Notes: generated by a model not told the origin, from the sequence alone. A DNA stretch of 64,000 bases from an uncultured Planctomycetia bacterium (GCA_964489445.1 CAZAYU010000002.1:205020-269019); one strand, 5' to 3'; shown: positions 27,140 through 38,014, numbered from the stretch's first letter. Made by a program: numbers and translations.

Positions 27140-27364
27140 GCATACATTTTTATTTTATTTTTAGCTTTAAAACATTGACTCTAAAAAACAGCATAAGAAA
27201 AATTTAAATAAAAGACTGAGAGTGAATTTATATTCGTGTGTAGATATGACGTGTGTGGGAAAAAATAGTTGTTATTTTGTTTGAAATCAAAAAAAATACT
27301 ATATAATATACACAAAGCATGTAATTTTTTTAAACTAATAAATAAAATAAAATGTTAGACTGCA

Positions 27365-28303
27365 GTGAGTAAAAAATATAAAAAAATTGTTGGCAGATGT
27401 GTTAGTTGGTGGGCTATAAAGCTGTTCACCTCTCTAAGCGGAGCACTTTCCTTAAAGGTTAATTATTTTTTAGGAAAGGTCTTGGGGGACATTGCGTATG
27501 CAATAGTTGCCCGTCACAGGAAATATGCTTTTCAAAATTTAGCTATTGCTTTTCCAGAAAAAATGCCTAAAGAGATAAAAAGAATAACACGTGATTTTTT
27601 TATATTTATGGCACAGGGTTCTTTTGAGCTGTTGCATTTTTTAAAAAATCCTTCTCAACTTTCTCGTATATATATTGAAGGTAAGCATTGCCTTGACAAT
27701 GCTTTAAGTAAAAATAAAGGTGTAATCATTCTTACTGCTCATTTAGGCAATTTTCCTTTAATGAGCTTGAAATTAGCAAAAATGGGGTATTCCATCAATA
27801 TCGTTGCTCGTCCCATGCGTGACGAGCGTGCCGGGCAATATATTCATAGTTTACGATCCGCATCGGGTGTAAAGACTATTTTTTCGTATCCCCGCCGTGA
27901 TTGTGTGAGTGGGATTGTAAAGGCTCTAAGAAATAATGAATTAGTAGTAATTCAAATGGACCAGAATTTTGGGACAGGGGGCGTATGGGTCAAATTTTTT
28001 GGAAAGTTAGCAGCTACACCTGTAGGCCCGATTACTCTTGCGTTAAGAACAGATGCGGTTATTTTGCCTGGTTATATTTTTCGTAAGTGTGATACTGAAC
28101 ATGTTCTAAAATTTTTTCCAGAAGAAAAACTAATATTGGGCAATTGCAAGGAAGAAACAATCTTACTTAATGCTGTAAAATTTACCCGGATGATCGAATC
28201 TTGGATTAGGAATGTTTCCTCGCAATGGGTTTGGATTCACAGGCGCTGGAAATCACGACCTTCAGAAAAAATAAAAAAAATGAAATTCAAGATTGAACAA
28301 TAA
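27365..28303 (+). CDS. Lipid A late acyltransferase (LpxL/HtrB family)
   Basis: GVIILTAHLGNF, DQNFG, FFGKLA, QWVWIHRRWK. Confidence 0.85.
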   Translation: MSKKYKKIVGRCVSWWAIKLFTSLSGALSLKVNYFLGKVLGDIAYAIVARHRKYAFQNLAIAFPEKMPKEIKRITRDFFIFMAQGSFELLHFLKNPSQLSRIYIEGKHCLDNALSKNKGVIILTAHLGNFPLMSLKLAKMGYSINIVARPMRDERAGQYIHSLRSASGVKTIFSYPRRDCVSGIVKALRNNELVVIQMDQNFGTGGVWVKFFGKLAATPVGPITLALRTDAVILPGYIFRKCDTEHVLKFFPEEKLILGNCKEETILLNAVKFTRMIESWIRNVSSQWVWIHRRWKSRPSEKIKKMKFKIEQ

Positions 28304-28372
28304 AAAATATTTTCAAGAAAGGGCTTTACAGGAAAAACTCAAATGATATAATTGATCAAAAGGGAGGCAATA

Positions 28373-29557
28373 ATGGATAAAACAAAAATAATTCCTATAG
28401 TTTTTTTAGTGATTATCTTAGGTGTCGGGTTTGTTGCGTTTACCTTTTACGGTGAAAAGCAAAAGCTAATTGTTTATAATGGAGAGATTAAAGAAAAAAA
28501 TGCGAAGCTGGAAAAAGAAAATGATAGTTTAAGCTACAAGTATAAAAAAGTTGAAAGGGAAAAAGGTAATTTGGAAAAAAAAGTATCAATGTTTGAACAA
28601 GAGCTCGTTCAACTAAGACAAGCGAAAACAGAGTTAAATGGTAAGATTAGAAACCTTTCTCAAGAAAGGGATATGTTAGTAGAAAAGATAGAAGAAGCTA
28701 GAAATTCTATCTCTGCGCGGCAACCAGTTGTCGCTAACGTTGTTTCTCAGGAGCAATCTAATGTTTCTTCTGAGGACCATTGGGCCGATATTGTAAGAAG
28801 CAAAGCATCTTTACAGGCAAAAGTGAGTATTCTTAACGAGAAGCTCATTGAAACAAAAGAAAAAGCTATTATTTTAGAGAACGAGAATAAAAAACTATCA
28901 TTAGTGATAGATCAATTAACTAAGCAAAAAGAAAGTGTAGCAGATGATATAAAGTTTAAGAAAAGAACCCTTCAAGTGATGAGTATGGATTTGGTCAACG
29001 AGAGGGAAAAACGCAATTCTGCAGTTAAAGAGTTGAAAAATGTAAGAAGAGAAAATGCCAGGTTAAAGCGAGAAGTGATTTTATCTAGCAAAGAGAAGAT
29101 TGACTTGCAGAATAACCTTAAAGAAACTATTGGGCGTAAGGAATCATTCGAAAACAGAATATTAAGTGCTGAACAAATGCTAAAAGAAAAAACTTTAGTG
29201 CTTGAAGACCTAAGGCAAGAATTAAGCGGAATGGTTACTGGCGAGGAAGAAGGATTGTCGGAATCAGTGTCAGTCGAGTTGCCCCCAATTGTTGTTAAAC
29301 CTAAAGGGACGCTAGGGACAAGAGAATTGAAAGGAGAAGTTATTGCGGTAAATCCTGTGGATAAGTTTGTAGTTGTGAATGTAGGTAATTCTTCTAATGT
29401 AAGAATTGGTGATCTTCTGAAAATCATGCGCAGTGGGCGGGAAATTGGTACTGTTGAGGTCATTGAAACAAGAAGCGAGATTTCTGCTGCGGATATAATA
29501 AATATTGCTGACAGGGCGGTTATTAAAGAAGGCGATGTAGTTCTTTTGGACCGTTAA
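28373..29557 (+). CDS. Membrane-anchored long coiled-coil protein with a C-terminal beta domain
   Basis: One N-terminal TM, ~270 aa of heptad-like sequence, then VELPPIVV and GEVIAVNP..KFVVVNVG...V.IGD...G.VEVIE; ATG at 28373 after SD GGAGG. Confidence 0.7.
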   Translation: MDKTKIIPIVFLVIILGVGFVAFTFYGEKQKLIVYNGEIKEKNAKLEKENDSLSYKYKKVEREKGNLEKKVSMFEQELVQLRQAKTELNGKIRNLSQERDMLVEKIEEARNSISARQPVVANVVSQEQSNVSSEDHWADIVRSKASLQAKVSILNEKLIETKEKAIILENENKKLSLVIDQLTKQKESVADDIKFKKRTLQVMSMDLVNEREKRNSAVKELKNVRRENARLKREVILSSKEKIDLQNNLKETIGRKESFENRILSAEQMLKEKTLVLEDLRQELSGMVTGEEEGLSESVSVELPPIVVKPKGTLGTRELKGEVIAVNPVDKFVVVNVGNSSNVRIGDLLKIMRSGREIGTVEVIETRSEISAADIINIADRAVIKEGDVVLLDR

Positions 29558-29600
29558 TCCTTCCCCGAATTTTGTTTTACAGTTTATTTAATTTAAAGAA

Positions 29601-30593
29601 GTGTCTTCATCTAAAATCACCATAAAAGAGGTAGCAAAGCAGGCAGGGGTATCTATTGCTACAGTTTCACGCTTCCTTAATAATTTTTCCTTAAAAAAAA
29701 TAAATAAGCAGAATGTTGAGAATGCAATAGCCAAGCTCAACTATCATCCGTTTATTTATGCGCGACGTTTAGCTGGGGGGCAGATGGGAGTTTTTGGATT
29801 GATAATTCCTGGCTATGAAGGCGTTTTTTATTCCTTTTATGCTATTGAAATAATTAGGGAGGTTGCTCTTGCTTTAAATGAACAAGATACGGATTTACAT
29901 TTAAGTGTTTTCTGGAATCGGGATACTTTTAAAACATCTATAGTTGATGGAATAATTATGGCGGATATTCTAGGGAATCAGCAGCAATTTAAACGCTTTT
30001 TAAAGGAGAAAATTCCGTTAGTAGTAATAAATAGAAATATTGGAGAAGAGAATGTTAATTCTGTAGCGATTGATAATTTTAAAGGAGCATATGATGCTAC
30101 AGAATTTTTAATTAATCACGGACATAAACAAATTATGCATTTTGCTGGAGATTTACGTGTGCAATGTGCGAGTGAACGGTTAATGGGATTTCAGTCGGCT
30201 TTGGAAAAAAATAATATAAAAGCGTCTAAACAGCAAGTTAAGTATACAAATTTTTCTCGCAGGCAAACACGTCTTATATTGGAAGAGCTTTTTTCTTCAG
30301 GGGATATTCCAACAGCAATATTCTGTTGTAGTGATGAAGTTGCTAGCGAAGTTTTAAATTTTGCTGAAGAAAAAAGAATAAACATTCCTAAAAAATTAAG
30401 CGTTATTGGCTTTGACGATAATCCGCACTGTTTAAATGATCATCTAATGCTTACTACTGTAAGACAACCTTTAAAAAAGATGGTTCAGCAGGCAGTAAAG
30501 ATTCTAAGTGACAATGTTAATGGTAAAAAAATACAACAAAAAATAGTTTTAGAACCAGAATTTATTATTAGGGATACTGTAAGTTTTTGCTGA
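29601..30593 (+). CDS. LacI-family transcriptional regulator
   Basis: ITIKEVAKQAGVSIATVSRFLN HTH; DNFKGAYDAT..L...GH; SVIGFDD; LTTVRQP. Confidence 0.93.
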   Translation: MSSSKITIKEVAKQAGVSIATVSRFLNNFSLKKINKQNVENAIAKLNYHPFIYARRLAGGQMGVFGLIIPGYEGVFYSFYAIEIIREVALALNEQDTDLHLSVFWNRDTFKTSIVDGIIMADILGNQQQFKRFLKEKIPLVVINRNIGEENVNSVAIDNFKGAYDATEFLINHGHKQIMHFAGDLRVQCASERLMGFQSALEKNNIKASKQQVKYTNFSRRQTRLILEELFSSGDIPTAIFCCSDEVASEVLNFAEEKRINIPKKLSVIGFDDNPHCLNDHLMLTTVRQPLKKMVQQAVKILSDNVNGKKIQQKIVLEPEFIIRDTVSFC

Positions 30594-30689
30594 TTTTGTA
30601 AGTATTTTCTTCAAAATTATTTATTAGTTCCGTGAACATGATTAGTCTATATTTTGCCAGCGATAAAAGACGATGCTAATTGCTTTATA

Positions 30690-30737
30690 AATCAATATTT
30701 TGTGTGTTGGATAAGATTAATATACGATATATGGTAT
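30690..30737. promoter_or_regulatory. Tandem NrdR boxes upstream of nrdJ
   Basis: AATCAATATTTTGTGT (30690-30705) and ATACGATATATGGTAT (30722-30737) fit acaCwAtATaTwGtgt, 32 bp apart, just before the -35 box. Confidence 0.75.
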
Positions 30738-30740
30738 ATC

Positions 30741-30769
30741 TTGACATATAATAAAATAGTGTATAAAAT
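30741..30769 (+). promoter_or_regulatory. Sigma70-type promoter of nrdJ
   Basis: TTGACA(30741)-17-TAAAAT(30764). Confidence 0.7.
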
Positions 30770-30816
30770 TAGTTAAGTTAAAAATAAAGTAAAACTTACC
30801 ATATAAAAGGAGGGTT

Positions 30817-33096
30817 ATGAAATCAGGATTTAGTTTTTCGTCCAATGCTATTATTGTTTTAAAAAAACGTTATCTTAAAAAGAATGATAAAGGAGAAGTT
30901 ATTGAGTCGCCGGAAGAATTATTGAAAAGAGTAGCCTGCGCTATTGCGAAAGTGGAAAAGAAATATGGAGCTAGCCCTGAAGAAACAAAATCAATAGAAA
31001 GTATGTTTTTAAATGCTATGAAGAAATTGGAATTCATGCCTAATTCTCCTACGTTGATGAATGCTGGTAAGGAACTGGGGCAGCTTTCAGCTTGTTTTGT
31101 TGTACCTATAGAGGATTCAATGGAATCAATTTTTAATGCAATAAAATCAACCGCGCTTATTCATAAGACAGGTGGTGGAACTGGTTTTAGTTTTTCAAGG
31201 CTTCGTCCAAAAAGTAGTGTAGTTAAGTCTACAGGAGGAATTGCTTCAGGGCCTATTTCTTTTATGAAAGTCTTTGATGCAGCTACGCAAGCTATAAAAC
31301 AAGGTGGAACCCGGCGTGGAGCTAATATGGGAATATTAAGGGTAGATCATCCTGATATTCTAGAATTTATAAAATGTAAGGAGACCGAAGGAGCAATATC
31401 TAATTTTAATATTTCAATAGCGCTTACCGATGATTTTATGGAAAAGGTTTTAGCCAAGCAAGACTATCAACTAATTGACCCTCATAGCAATGAGGTGGTA
31501 GGAAAGTTGAATGCTTATGGAGTATTTAGTTTAATCGCTGAGTATGCACATAAAAATGGAGAGCCAGGGATTGTGTTTATTGATAAAATGAATAAAGATA
31601 ATCCTACTCCCAATTTAGGAGATATCGAGAGTACAAATCCTTGTGGGGAGCAGCCGCTTTTGTCTTTTGAGTCATGTAATCTTGGATCAATTAACCTATC
31701 AAGGATGATGAAAAAGATTGGTAATGATTTTAAAATTGATTGGGATAATTTAGAAAAAGTTTCTCGTTTAGCCGTAAGGTTTTTAGACAATGTCATTGAT
31801 GCCAATAAGTTTCCGATTCCAAAAATAGAAGAAAATACTCTAAAAACAAGAAAAATCGGCTTAGGCGTCATGGGGTGGGCTACTGTCTTAGGATTTCTAG
31901 AGATACCTTACGATAGTGATGAAGGCGTTGAGTTAGGACGTAAAGTGATGAAATTCATTCGGAGTATTGCTGAAAATGAATCGATAAATTTAGCCAAGAA
32001 AAGAGGAGTTTTTCCTGCTTGGGAAGGGAGCACGTGGCAAAAAAAAGGAATAAAAATCAGGAATGCAACACTAACGACTATTGCTCCCACAGGTACGATA
32101 AGCATTATTGCCGGACCGACGTCATCTGGCGTAGAGCCTAATTTTTCTCTTTGTTATTTTCGTAATGTTTTGGATGGTGAAAAACTTTTAGAGTCAGATA
32201 TGGCTTTCGAATGGGCAGCTAAAAAAGAGGGATTTTATTCTCATGAATTAATGTCGCAGGTTGCTGCTGGAGAGGATATCCAGAACATGGAAGAAGTACC
32301 GGATAAAACAAAAAGAGTATTTAAAACAGCGATGAATATTTCCTCTTTTTGGCATATAAAAATGCAGGCAGCATTTCAGGAATTTACGGATAATGCTGTA
32401 TCAAAAACTATTAATTTGCCAAATAATTCTACCATTGAAGATGTAAAAGAAACATATCTGCTTTCTTATAAATTAGGATGTAAAGGTATTACTGTTTATC
32501 GAGACGGTAGTAGGAATGTCCAGGTGCTAACTGTTGATAAAAAAGAAAAGAATTTTGTCGATGAGCCATTGCATTGCTTGGCTCATCCAAAGCCTCGTCC
32601 TGAGGTTATTTTGGGCACTACAACCAAAGTTACCACTGGTTGCGGTAATCTTTATATCACTATTAACCAGGATGAAAAAGGAAATTTTTTCGAGGTTTTT
32701 ACTCAAATGGGTAAGGCTGGTGGTTGTGCTGCTTCGCAGCTTGAGGCAATTGGCCGTTTAGTCTCATTATCTCTAAGAGGAAAAATTGATGTAAAGGTAG
32801 TTGTTGAACAGCTTAAGGGAATAAGATGTCCTTCTCCTTCTTGGGATAAAGGGAAAAAGATTTTTTCTTGCGCAGATGCTATTGCGCGAGTTTTGGAAAA
32901 AAGAATGATTGATCAAAAGAATATAGTTGGTATAAAAAAGTCAGAGCCAGAAGAAACAGAAAGAAAATCAGTTAATGTTGTTATTAAAAGGAATAATTCT
33001 GGTAATGTTGTTGGTGTCTGCATTGAATGTGGCTTTGCCTTACGTCATCAGGAAGGTTGTCTAGTTTGTGATGCTTGCGGATATTCAAAATGTTAA
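30817..33096 (+). CDS. nrdJ: Vitamin B12-dependent (class II) ribonucleotide reductase with C-terminal TSCPD/Zn-ribbon domain
   Basis: PNSPTLMNAG, QLSACFV, TNPCGEQPL, TIAPTGTIS, VSKTIN, GCKGITVYRDGSR, TGCGNLYIT, C-terminal CIECG...EGCLVCDACGYSKC; no nrdB nearby; no intein. Confidence 0.92.
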   Translation: MKSGFSFSSNAIIVLKKRYLKKNDKGEVIESPEELLKRVACAIAKVEKKYGASPEETKSIESMFLNAMKKLEFMPNSPTLMNAGKELGQLSACFVVPIEDSMESIFNAIKSTALIHKTGGGTGFSFSRLRPKSSVVKSTGGIASGPISFMKVFDAATQAIKQGGTRRGANMGILRVDHPDILEFIKCKETEGAISNFNISIALTDDFMEKVLAKQDYQLIDPHSNEVVGKLNAYGVFSLIAEYAHKNGEPGIVFIDKMNKDNPTPNLGDIESTNPCGEQPLLSFESCNLGSINLSRMMKKIGNDFKIDWDNLEKVSRLAVRFLDNVIDANKFPIPKIEENTLKTRKIGLGVMGWATVLGFLEIPYDSDEGVELGRKVMKFIRSIAENESINLAKKRGVFPAWEGSTWQKKGIKIRNATLTTIAPTGTISIIAGPTSSGVEPNFSLCYFRNVLDGEKLLESDMAFEWAAKKEGFYSHELMSQVAAGEDIQNMEEVPDKTKRVFKTAMNISSFWHIKMQAAFQEFTDNAVSKTINLPNNSTIEDVKETYLLSYKLGCKGITVYRDGSRNVQVLTVDKKEKNFVDEPLHCLAHPKPRPEVILGTTTKVTTGCGNLYITINQDEKGNFFEVFTQMGKAGGCAASQLEAIGRLVSLSLRGKIDVKVVVEQLKGIRCPSPSWDKGKKIFSCADAIARVLEKRMIDQKNIVGIKKSEPEETERKSVNVVIKRNNSGNVVGVCIECGFALRHQEGCLVCDACGYSKC

Positions 33097-33176
33097 CTAT
33101 TATTTTTGGTGTTAAAATTGTTATTTATCTTACAAGAATAACAGTTAGGATGAATAGAAAAGAAAGGGAGTGAAAA

Positions 33177-33920
33177 ATGATCAAGCTAGTGCTAATAAGG
33201 CATGGTGAGAGTGTTTGGAATTTAGAAAATAAATTTACTGGTTGGACCGACGTTGCTTTAACTGAGAAAGGAATCAAAGAAGCTCACTCAGCTGCAGCAT
33301 GGCTTAAAAAAGAAGGATTTATATTTGATGTCGCTTATACTTCAGTGTTAAAAAGAGCAATTTCTACTCTTTGGATATTATTAGAAGATATGGATTTAAT
33401 GTGGATCCCAGTTTGTAGAACGTGGCGTCTCAATGAGCGTCATTATGGTGCGTTACAAGGGTTGAATAAACTGGAAACTGTTGAAAAATATGGCGACGAA
33501 CAAGTACTTAAGTGGAGAAGAAGTTATGATATTCGTCCTCCTGCCTTAACCGAAGAAGACAATCGTTATCCAGGCAATGATGTGAGGTATAAAAAATTAA
33601 GCAAAGAAAATATTCCGTTAGCTGAATGCCTAGAAGATACTGTAGATAGGTTTCTTCCTTTTTGGCGTGAGACTATTGTTTCGTCGTTAGAAAAGGGGGA
33701 GCGAGTAATTATTGCTGCTCATGGTAATAGTTTGCGTGCTTTAGTGAAGCATTTAGATAATATTTCGAATGAGGAAATACTCAAGCTTAATATTCCTACC
33801 GGCATTCCCCTTGTATATGAATTAAGCGATGAACTTAAACCGATAAAGCATTATTACCTAGGAGATCCGGAAACAATTAAAAAATCAGTTGAATCTGTGG
33901 CTAAACAAACCCAAAAGTAA
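33177..33920 (+). CDS. gpmA: 2,3-bisphosphoglycerate-dependent phosphoglycerate mutase
   Basis: [39 protein letters not shown]. Confidence 0.96.
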   Translation: MIKLVLIRHGESVWNLENKFTGWTDVALTEKGIKEAHSAAAWLKKEGFIFDVAYTSVLKRAISTLWILLEDMDLMWIPVCRTWRLNERHYGALQGLNKLETVEKYGDEQVLKWRRSYDIRPPALTEEDNRYPGNDVRYKKLSKENIPLAECLEDTVDRFLPFWRETIVSSLEKGERVIIAAHGNSLRALVKHLDNISNEEILKLNIPTGIPLVYELSDELKPIKHYYLGDPETIKKSVESVAKQTQK

Positions 33921-33980
33921 CGCATTCCTTTCTATTTGAAAATAATATTTTGACAGAAAACCGTATATGTAATTAGAGCT

Positions 33981-35786
33981 ATGATTAAATATGATTTAAT
34001 TGTTGTTGGTGCTGGTCATGCCGGGATCGAAGCAAGTTATGTTGCAGCAAGGATGGGTTGTTCAGTCCTTTTACTAACTATTGATATCGATGGGATAGGA
34101 AAACTTTCTTGTAATCCAGCGATGGGAGGAGTTTCAAAAGGCAATTTAATAAGAGAAGTTGATGCCTTCGGAGGGGCGATTGGAAGATTGACTGATCAAT
34201 CTGCATTAGGTTACCGAATCTTAAACAAGAGTAAAGGCAAAGCTGTTTGGTCAACAAGAGCACAGGTAGATATGTATTTGTATCCTAAAAAGGCAAGGGC
34301 ATTATTGGAGAATACCAAAGGCATAGCAATCTTACAAGCAAAAGTAACTGATATTTTAGTCAAGAATAGTAAAGTTTATGGAGTAAAAACAAATTTTGGT
34401 GAGATTTTTAAAGGAAAATCTGTAATAATTTGTGCAGGTACTTTTTTGAAGGGTAAGATCCATATTGGATTAAATAATTTTCCGGGAGGAAGAATACATG
34501 AAGAATGCAGTAGCTGCCTGTTTAAAAGTATTAAGGGTTTAGGCATTAAAACAAAATTTTTTAAAACTGGAACTTGCGCAAGGATAGACAAACGAACAGT
34601 CAATTTTTCTAAAATGGTGGAACAAAAACCGGATGAAGACGCGTTGCCTTTTTCTTCTTTAAATAAGCAAAAGGCAAAAGAAACGCTAAGTTGTTTTATA
34701 ACTTATACCAACAGAAAGACACATAAGGTTATCTTGTCCAACTTGAAGTACTCTCCTTTATATACAGGAAAGATAAAATCAACAGGTGTGCGTTATTGCC
34801 CATCTTTAGAAGATAAAGTTGTTAAGTTCTCAGATCGTCCTCGTCACCAAGTATTCATAGAACCACAAGGGAAAAATTCGATTGAAGTTTACCCCAATGG
34901 CATTTCTACATCTTTGCCTTTTGCTGCACAGGTGGAGTTTATTCATACTATCGAGGGGTTAGAAAAAGCATCTATTTTGCGACCGGGTTACGGTATAGAA
35001 TATGGTTTAATTTATTCGCAATCACTTGATCATACGTTACGAGTTAAATCCATAGGAGGGCTTTATTTTGCGGGGCAGGTTAATGGAACAACTGGATATG
35101 AAGAGGCTGCTGCTCAGGGATTAATTGCCGGGATAAATGCTGCTTTAGAAGTGCGCAGAAAAAAACGATTTATTTTAAGCAGAAGTAATGCTTTTATTGG
35201 CGTGTTAATTGATGATTTAGTTACCAAGGGGGTTGATGAACCATATCGGATGTTTACTGCTCGAAGTGAACATCGTCTTTCATTAAGGGAGACTAATGTG
35301 AGATCTCGAATTTCGTCTTTTGCGCGTAGCTTACATTTAATTTGTCAGGATGAATTAGAAAGTGTTTCTAAAAACGAAAAATTTATTGAAACAGAAATAA
35401 AAAAGCTTAAAAATTGTAAAGGGGTGATTAACAATAAAAAAACTAATTTATTTGATGCGCTAAAAAGGCCTGAGGTAACTTATAATGATGTTGCTAAAAA
35501 GTTGGATAGTAGGTGCAAAGATGAAAGAACTAAACGGGAAATAGAAATTAGAGTGAAGTATGACGGTTTTTTGCGCAGGGAAAAAGCTTGGCTGAGGCAA
35601 TTAAACAATATTGACAAGATTAAATTACCAAAGATAGATTTTTGTTTAGTGCCTTCTTTGCCTCGGGAAGCAATAGAAAAATTAAATAAATTTAAACCGA
35701 AAAATTTAAAAGAAGCTTTACAGATAAGCGGAATTACTCCGGCAGCAATATTGAATATTTATAACTTTGTCCAAAGGAATAAATAG
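33981..35786 (+). CDS. mnmG: tRNA uridine-5-carboxymethylaminomethyl modification enzyme
   Basis: VVGAGHAGIEA, SCNPAMGG, RYCPSLEDK, AGQVNGTTGYEEAAAQG, EPYRMFT.R.E.RL. Confidence 0.95.
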   Translation: MIKYDLIVVGAGHAGIEASYVAARMGCSVLLLTIDIDGIGKLSCNPAMGGVSKGNLIREVDAFGGAIGRLTDQSALGYRILNKSKGKAVWSTRAQVDMYLYPKKARALLENTKGIAILQAKVTDILVKNSKVYGVKTNFGEIFKGKSVIICAGTFLKGKIHIGLNNFPGGRIHEECSSCLFKSIKGLGIKTKFFKTGTCARIDKRTVNFSKMVEQKPDEDALPFSSLNKQKAKETLSCFITYTNRKTHKVILSNLKYSPLYTGKIKSTGVRYCPSLEDKVVKFSDRPRHQVFIEPQGKNSIEVYPNGISTSLPFAAQVEFIHTIEGLEKASILRPGYGIEYGLIYSQSLDHTLRVKSIGGLYFAGQVNGTTGYEEAAAQGLIAGINAALEVRRKKRFILSRSNAFIGVLIDDLVTKGVDEPYRMFTARSEHRLSLRETNVRSRISSFARSLHLICQDELESVSKNEKFIETEIKKLKNCKGVINNKKTNLFDALKRPEVTYNDVAKKLDSRCKDERTKREIEIRVKYDGFLRREKAWLRQLNNIDKIKLPKIDFCLVPSLPREAIEKLNKFKPKNLKEALQISGITPAAILNIYNFVQRNK

Positions 35787-36869
35787 CTATGTAGGCTTGT
35801 GTAAATAATTTATTAGGAAATCAGCAAATTTGCTTATAGAATCGTAAGGCTCTAGTAAATTTGTTATTTTTGAGAAATCATTTTTTATTTTTTCATATTT
35901 ATCGGGATTATTTAAGTAACTTAAAGATAATGATGCTATTTTTTTAGGAGTAGCATCATTTTGTAGCAGTTCTTCAACTATTTTTTGTTTGCCGAGGATA
36001 TTAACAATTCCGATAAATTCTACATTGACTATTCTTTTTAATATCTCCCAGGTAAGAAAATTTAGCTTATAAATTAAAATATAGGGTATTTTAAGAATTG
36101 CTAACTCTAACGTGGCAGTGCCAGAAGAAGCAATAACAAATTTTGATTTTTGAACTAAACAATAAGAATGGTTAACAATAGTCATATCAGAAAATTCTTT
36201 GTAGAATGTTTGTTCTATATTTTGTGGCTTGATAATTTGGAATTGCCAGTTTTTTGATTCCTTTTCTAAAATTTTTTTGACTTTTTGCATGATCGGCAAG
36301 TGGCGTTTTATTTCACTTTTTCGTGATCCAGGGAGGAAGGAGATCGTGTTATTTGTTTTAGTTTCTCCTTTTTTAATAATATCTAGCAATGGATGACCGA
36401 AGTAAAGTACATCTATTTTCTCTTTTTCGTAGAATTCTTTTTCAAATTTGAATAAAACAATCATCTTGTCAATGTACTTTTTTATTAGCTTGATTCTTCC
36501 TTTTCTCCAGGCCCATATTTGAGGGCTTACGTAATAAAAGATTGGAAATTGTTTTTGGAGTTTTTTTGCTAGACGTAAATTAAAGTCTGGAAAATCTATA
36601 AGAATTATTAAATCAGGATTAATTCTTTTTATTTCTTTAATGCTTTTTTTAAAAACAGATAATATCTTTTTTAAATGAGAGAAAACTTCAATTATTCCAG
36701 ATACAGAATGTTCAAGTAGATTTATTGTTTGGAAAGAGTGTTTAGCGCAGTGATTTCCGGCAAAAGAAAATATTTTTAAGGAGTGATCTTTTTCGGATAA
36801 TTTTTTAGCTAACAGACCTCCGTATAAATCTCCTGAAGAATCTCCAGCAACAAGTATAATCTTTTTCAT
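35787..36869 (-). CDS. lpxB: Lipid-A-disaccharide synthase
   Basis: VAGDSSGDLYG, IDFPDFNLRLA, YYVSPQIWAWR, GHPL, LPGSRKSE, SGTATLE. Confidence 0.94.
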   Translation of the reverse strand: MKKIILVAGDSSGDLYGGLLAKKLSEKDHSLKIFSFAGNHCAKHSFQTINLLEHSVSGIIEVFSHLKKILSVFKKSIKEIKRINPDLIILIDFPDFNLRLAKKLQKQFPIFYYVSPQIWAWRKGRIKLIKKYIDKMIVLFKFEKEFYEKEKIDVLYFGHPLLDIIKKGETKTNNTISFLPGSRKSEIKRHLPIMQKVKKILEKESKNWQFQIIKPQNIEQTFYKEFSDMTIVNHSYCLVQKSKFVIASSGTATLELAILKIPYILIYKLNFLTWEILKRIVNVEFIGIVNILGKQKIVEELLQNDATPKKIASLSLSYLNNPDKYEKIKNDFSKITNLLEPYDSISKFADFLINYLHKPT

Positions 36870-36904
36870 TAACACATTTTTGATTTATGGTTTATAAGAG
36901 GGCA

Positions 36905-37804
36905 TTACTGACGTTCTATATTTTTCTGAATCCTTAAAGCAAGCTTTAGAGCGTCTTTTGATTTTTCTGCATATTCTGCTTCGAAATTACCTTTTTTGAC
37001 TAGATTTATAAAACAGGATATTTCCTTTTTTAATGGTTCTTCTTTGTTTATTCGCAATGTAGTTTTAATTATTTTTTTTCCCTTTTTCCGGTAAATGTCT
37101 ACTAATTGGAGAGCGTAGTCTAAGGAAATATAGCAGTTAGACATAAATATTCGAATTTTTCTTTCGCGTTTTGCGGAAATACGAGAAGCAGTTATATTTG
37201 CAACGCACCCATCGTTAAAAGTTATACGTGCATTAGCAATATCTTCAGAAGGAGAAAGTACTTTTACTCCTTTTGTGTCTATACTTTTGATGCCCTTTTT
37301 TACTATGTCAATAATGATATCTAAATCGTGGATCATTAGATCGAGCACAACACTGACATCTAGTGATCGATAAGGATATGGGCTTAACCGATGGCATTCA
37401 ATGAAAAGGGGGTTAACAATAAGCTTTTTAGCTCTTAAGTAAGCGTTGTTGTATCTTTCTACGTGTCCAACGAAAAGAAGAGTTTTGTTTTTTTTCGATA
37501 TCTTAATCAACTCTTGAGCTTCTTTTACGCTTTCGGTAAGCGGTTTCTCAACTAAGACGGGTATTTTATTTTGAAGGAAAAACTTAGCAATTTTGAAGTG
37601 TACAATTGTGGGGGTAGCGATGCTTACAAGGTCAACATGCTCTTTTAACTTTTTATAGTCAGTGAAACAACAGTGATCTTTATAGTTTTGAAGTTTTTGT
37701 GGGTCACAATCAGCAAGATAAAGCTTTGAAGCGCTTTTTAATTCATTATAGATCCTTAGATGGATGCTTCCCAGTTTTCCTATTCCGACTATTCCGACTT
37801 TCAT
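36905..37804 (-). CDS. Gfo/Idh/MocA oxidoreductase, GnnA-like
   Basis: GIVGIGKLG, LVEKP, GHVERYN, VVLDLMIHDLD, TASRIS; directly upstream of lpxB. Confidence 0.8.
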   Translation of the reverse strand: MKVGIVGIGKLGSIHLRIYNELKSASKLYLADCDPQKLQNYKDHCCFTDYKKLKEHVDLVSIATPTIVHFKIAKFFLQNKIPVLVEKPLTESVKEAQELIKISKKNKTLLFVGHVERYNNAYLRAKKLIVNPLFIECHRLSPYPYRSLDVSVVLDLMIHDLDIIIDIVKKGIKSIDTKGVKVLSPSEDIANARITFNDGCVANITASRISAKRERKIRIFMSNCYISLDYALQLVDIYRKKGKKIIKTTLRINKEEPLKKEISCFINLVKKGNFEAEYAEKSKDALKLALRIQKNIERQ

Positions 37805-38014
37805 TGTATGTTATTTTATTAAATGTGTATTTAAGTTTATTTATCTAATGAGAAAGTAAGACCATCTTGGTAATGTTGATTGTATCAAATCTCTTGTGGA
37901 AAGTCAATTGATGTGGTAAAATTCTTCCACATAATTGTCCTTTTATCCGTTAACCCATTACTCTTTTAATGAAATGGCTATAGGCCACGGTATCTGAAAA
38001 ACATACATAGTGAA

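Noticed and set aside
28972-29463. 163-aa minus-strand ORF and similar shadow ORFs (21143-21571, 31515-31871, 44256-44726, 57459-57938 and others)
   Set aside because: Antisense to well-supported genes, with no recognisable motifs
30817-33096. Intein or intron in nrdJ (also considered for recA)
   Set aside because: Lengths are normal, motifs are contiguous and there are no splicing motifs
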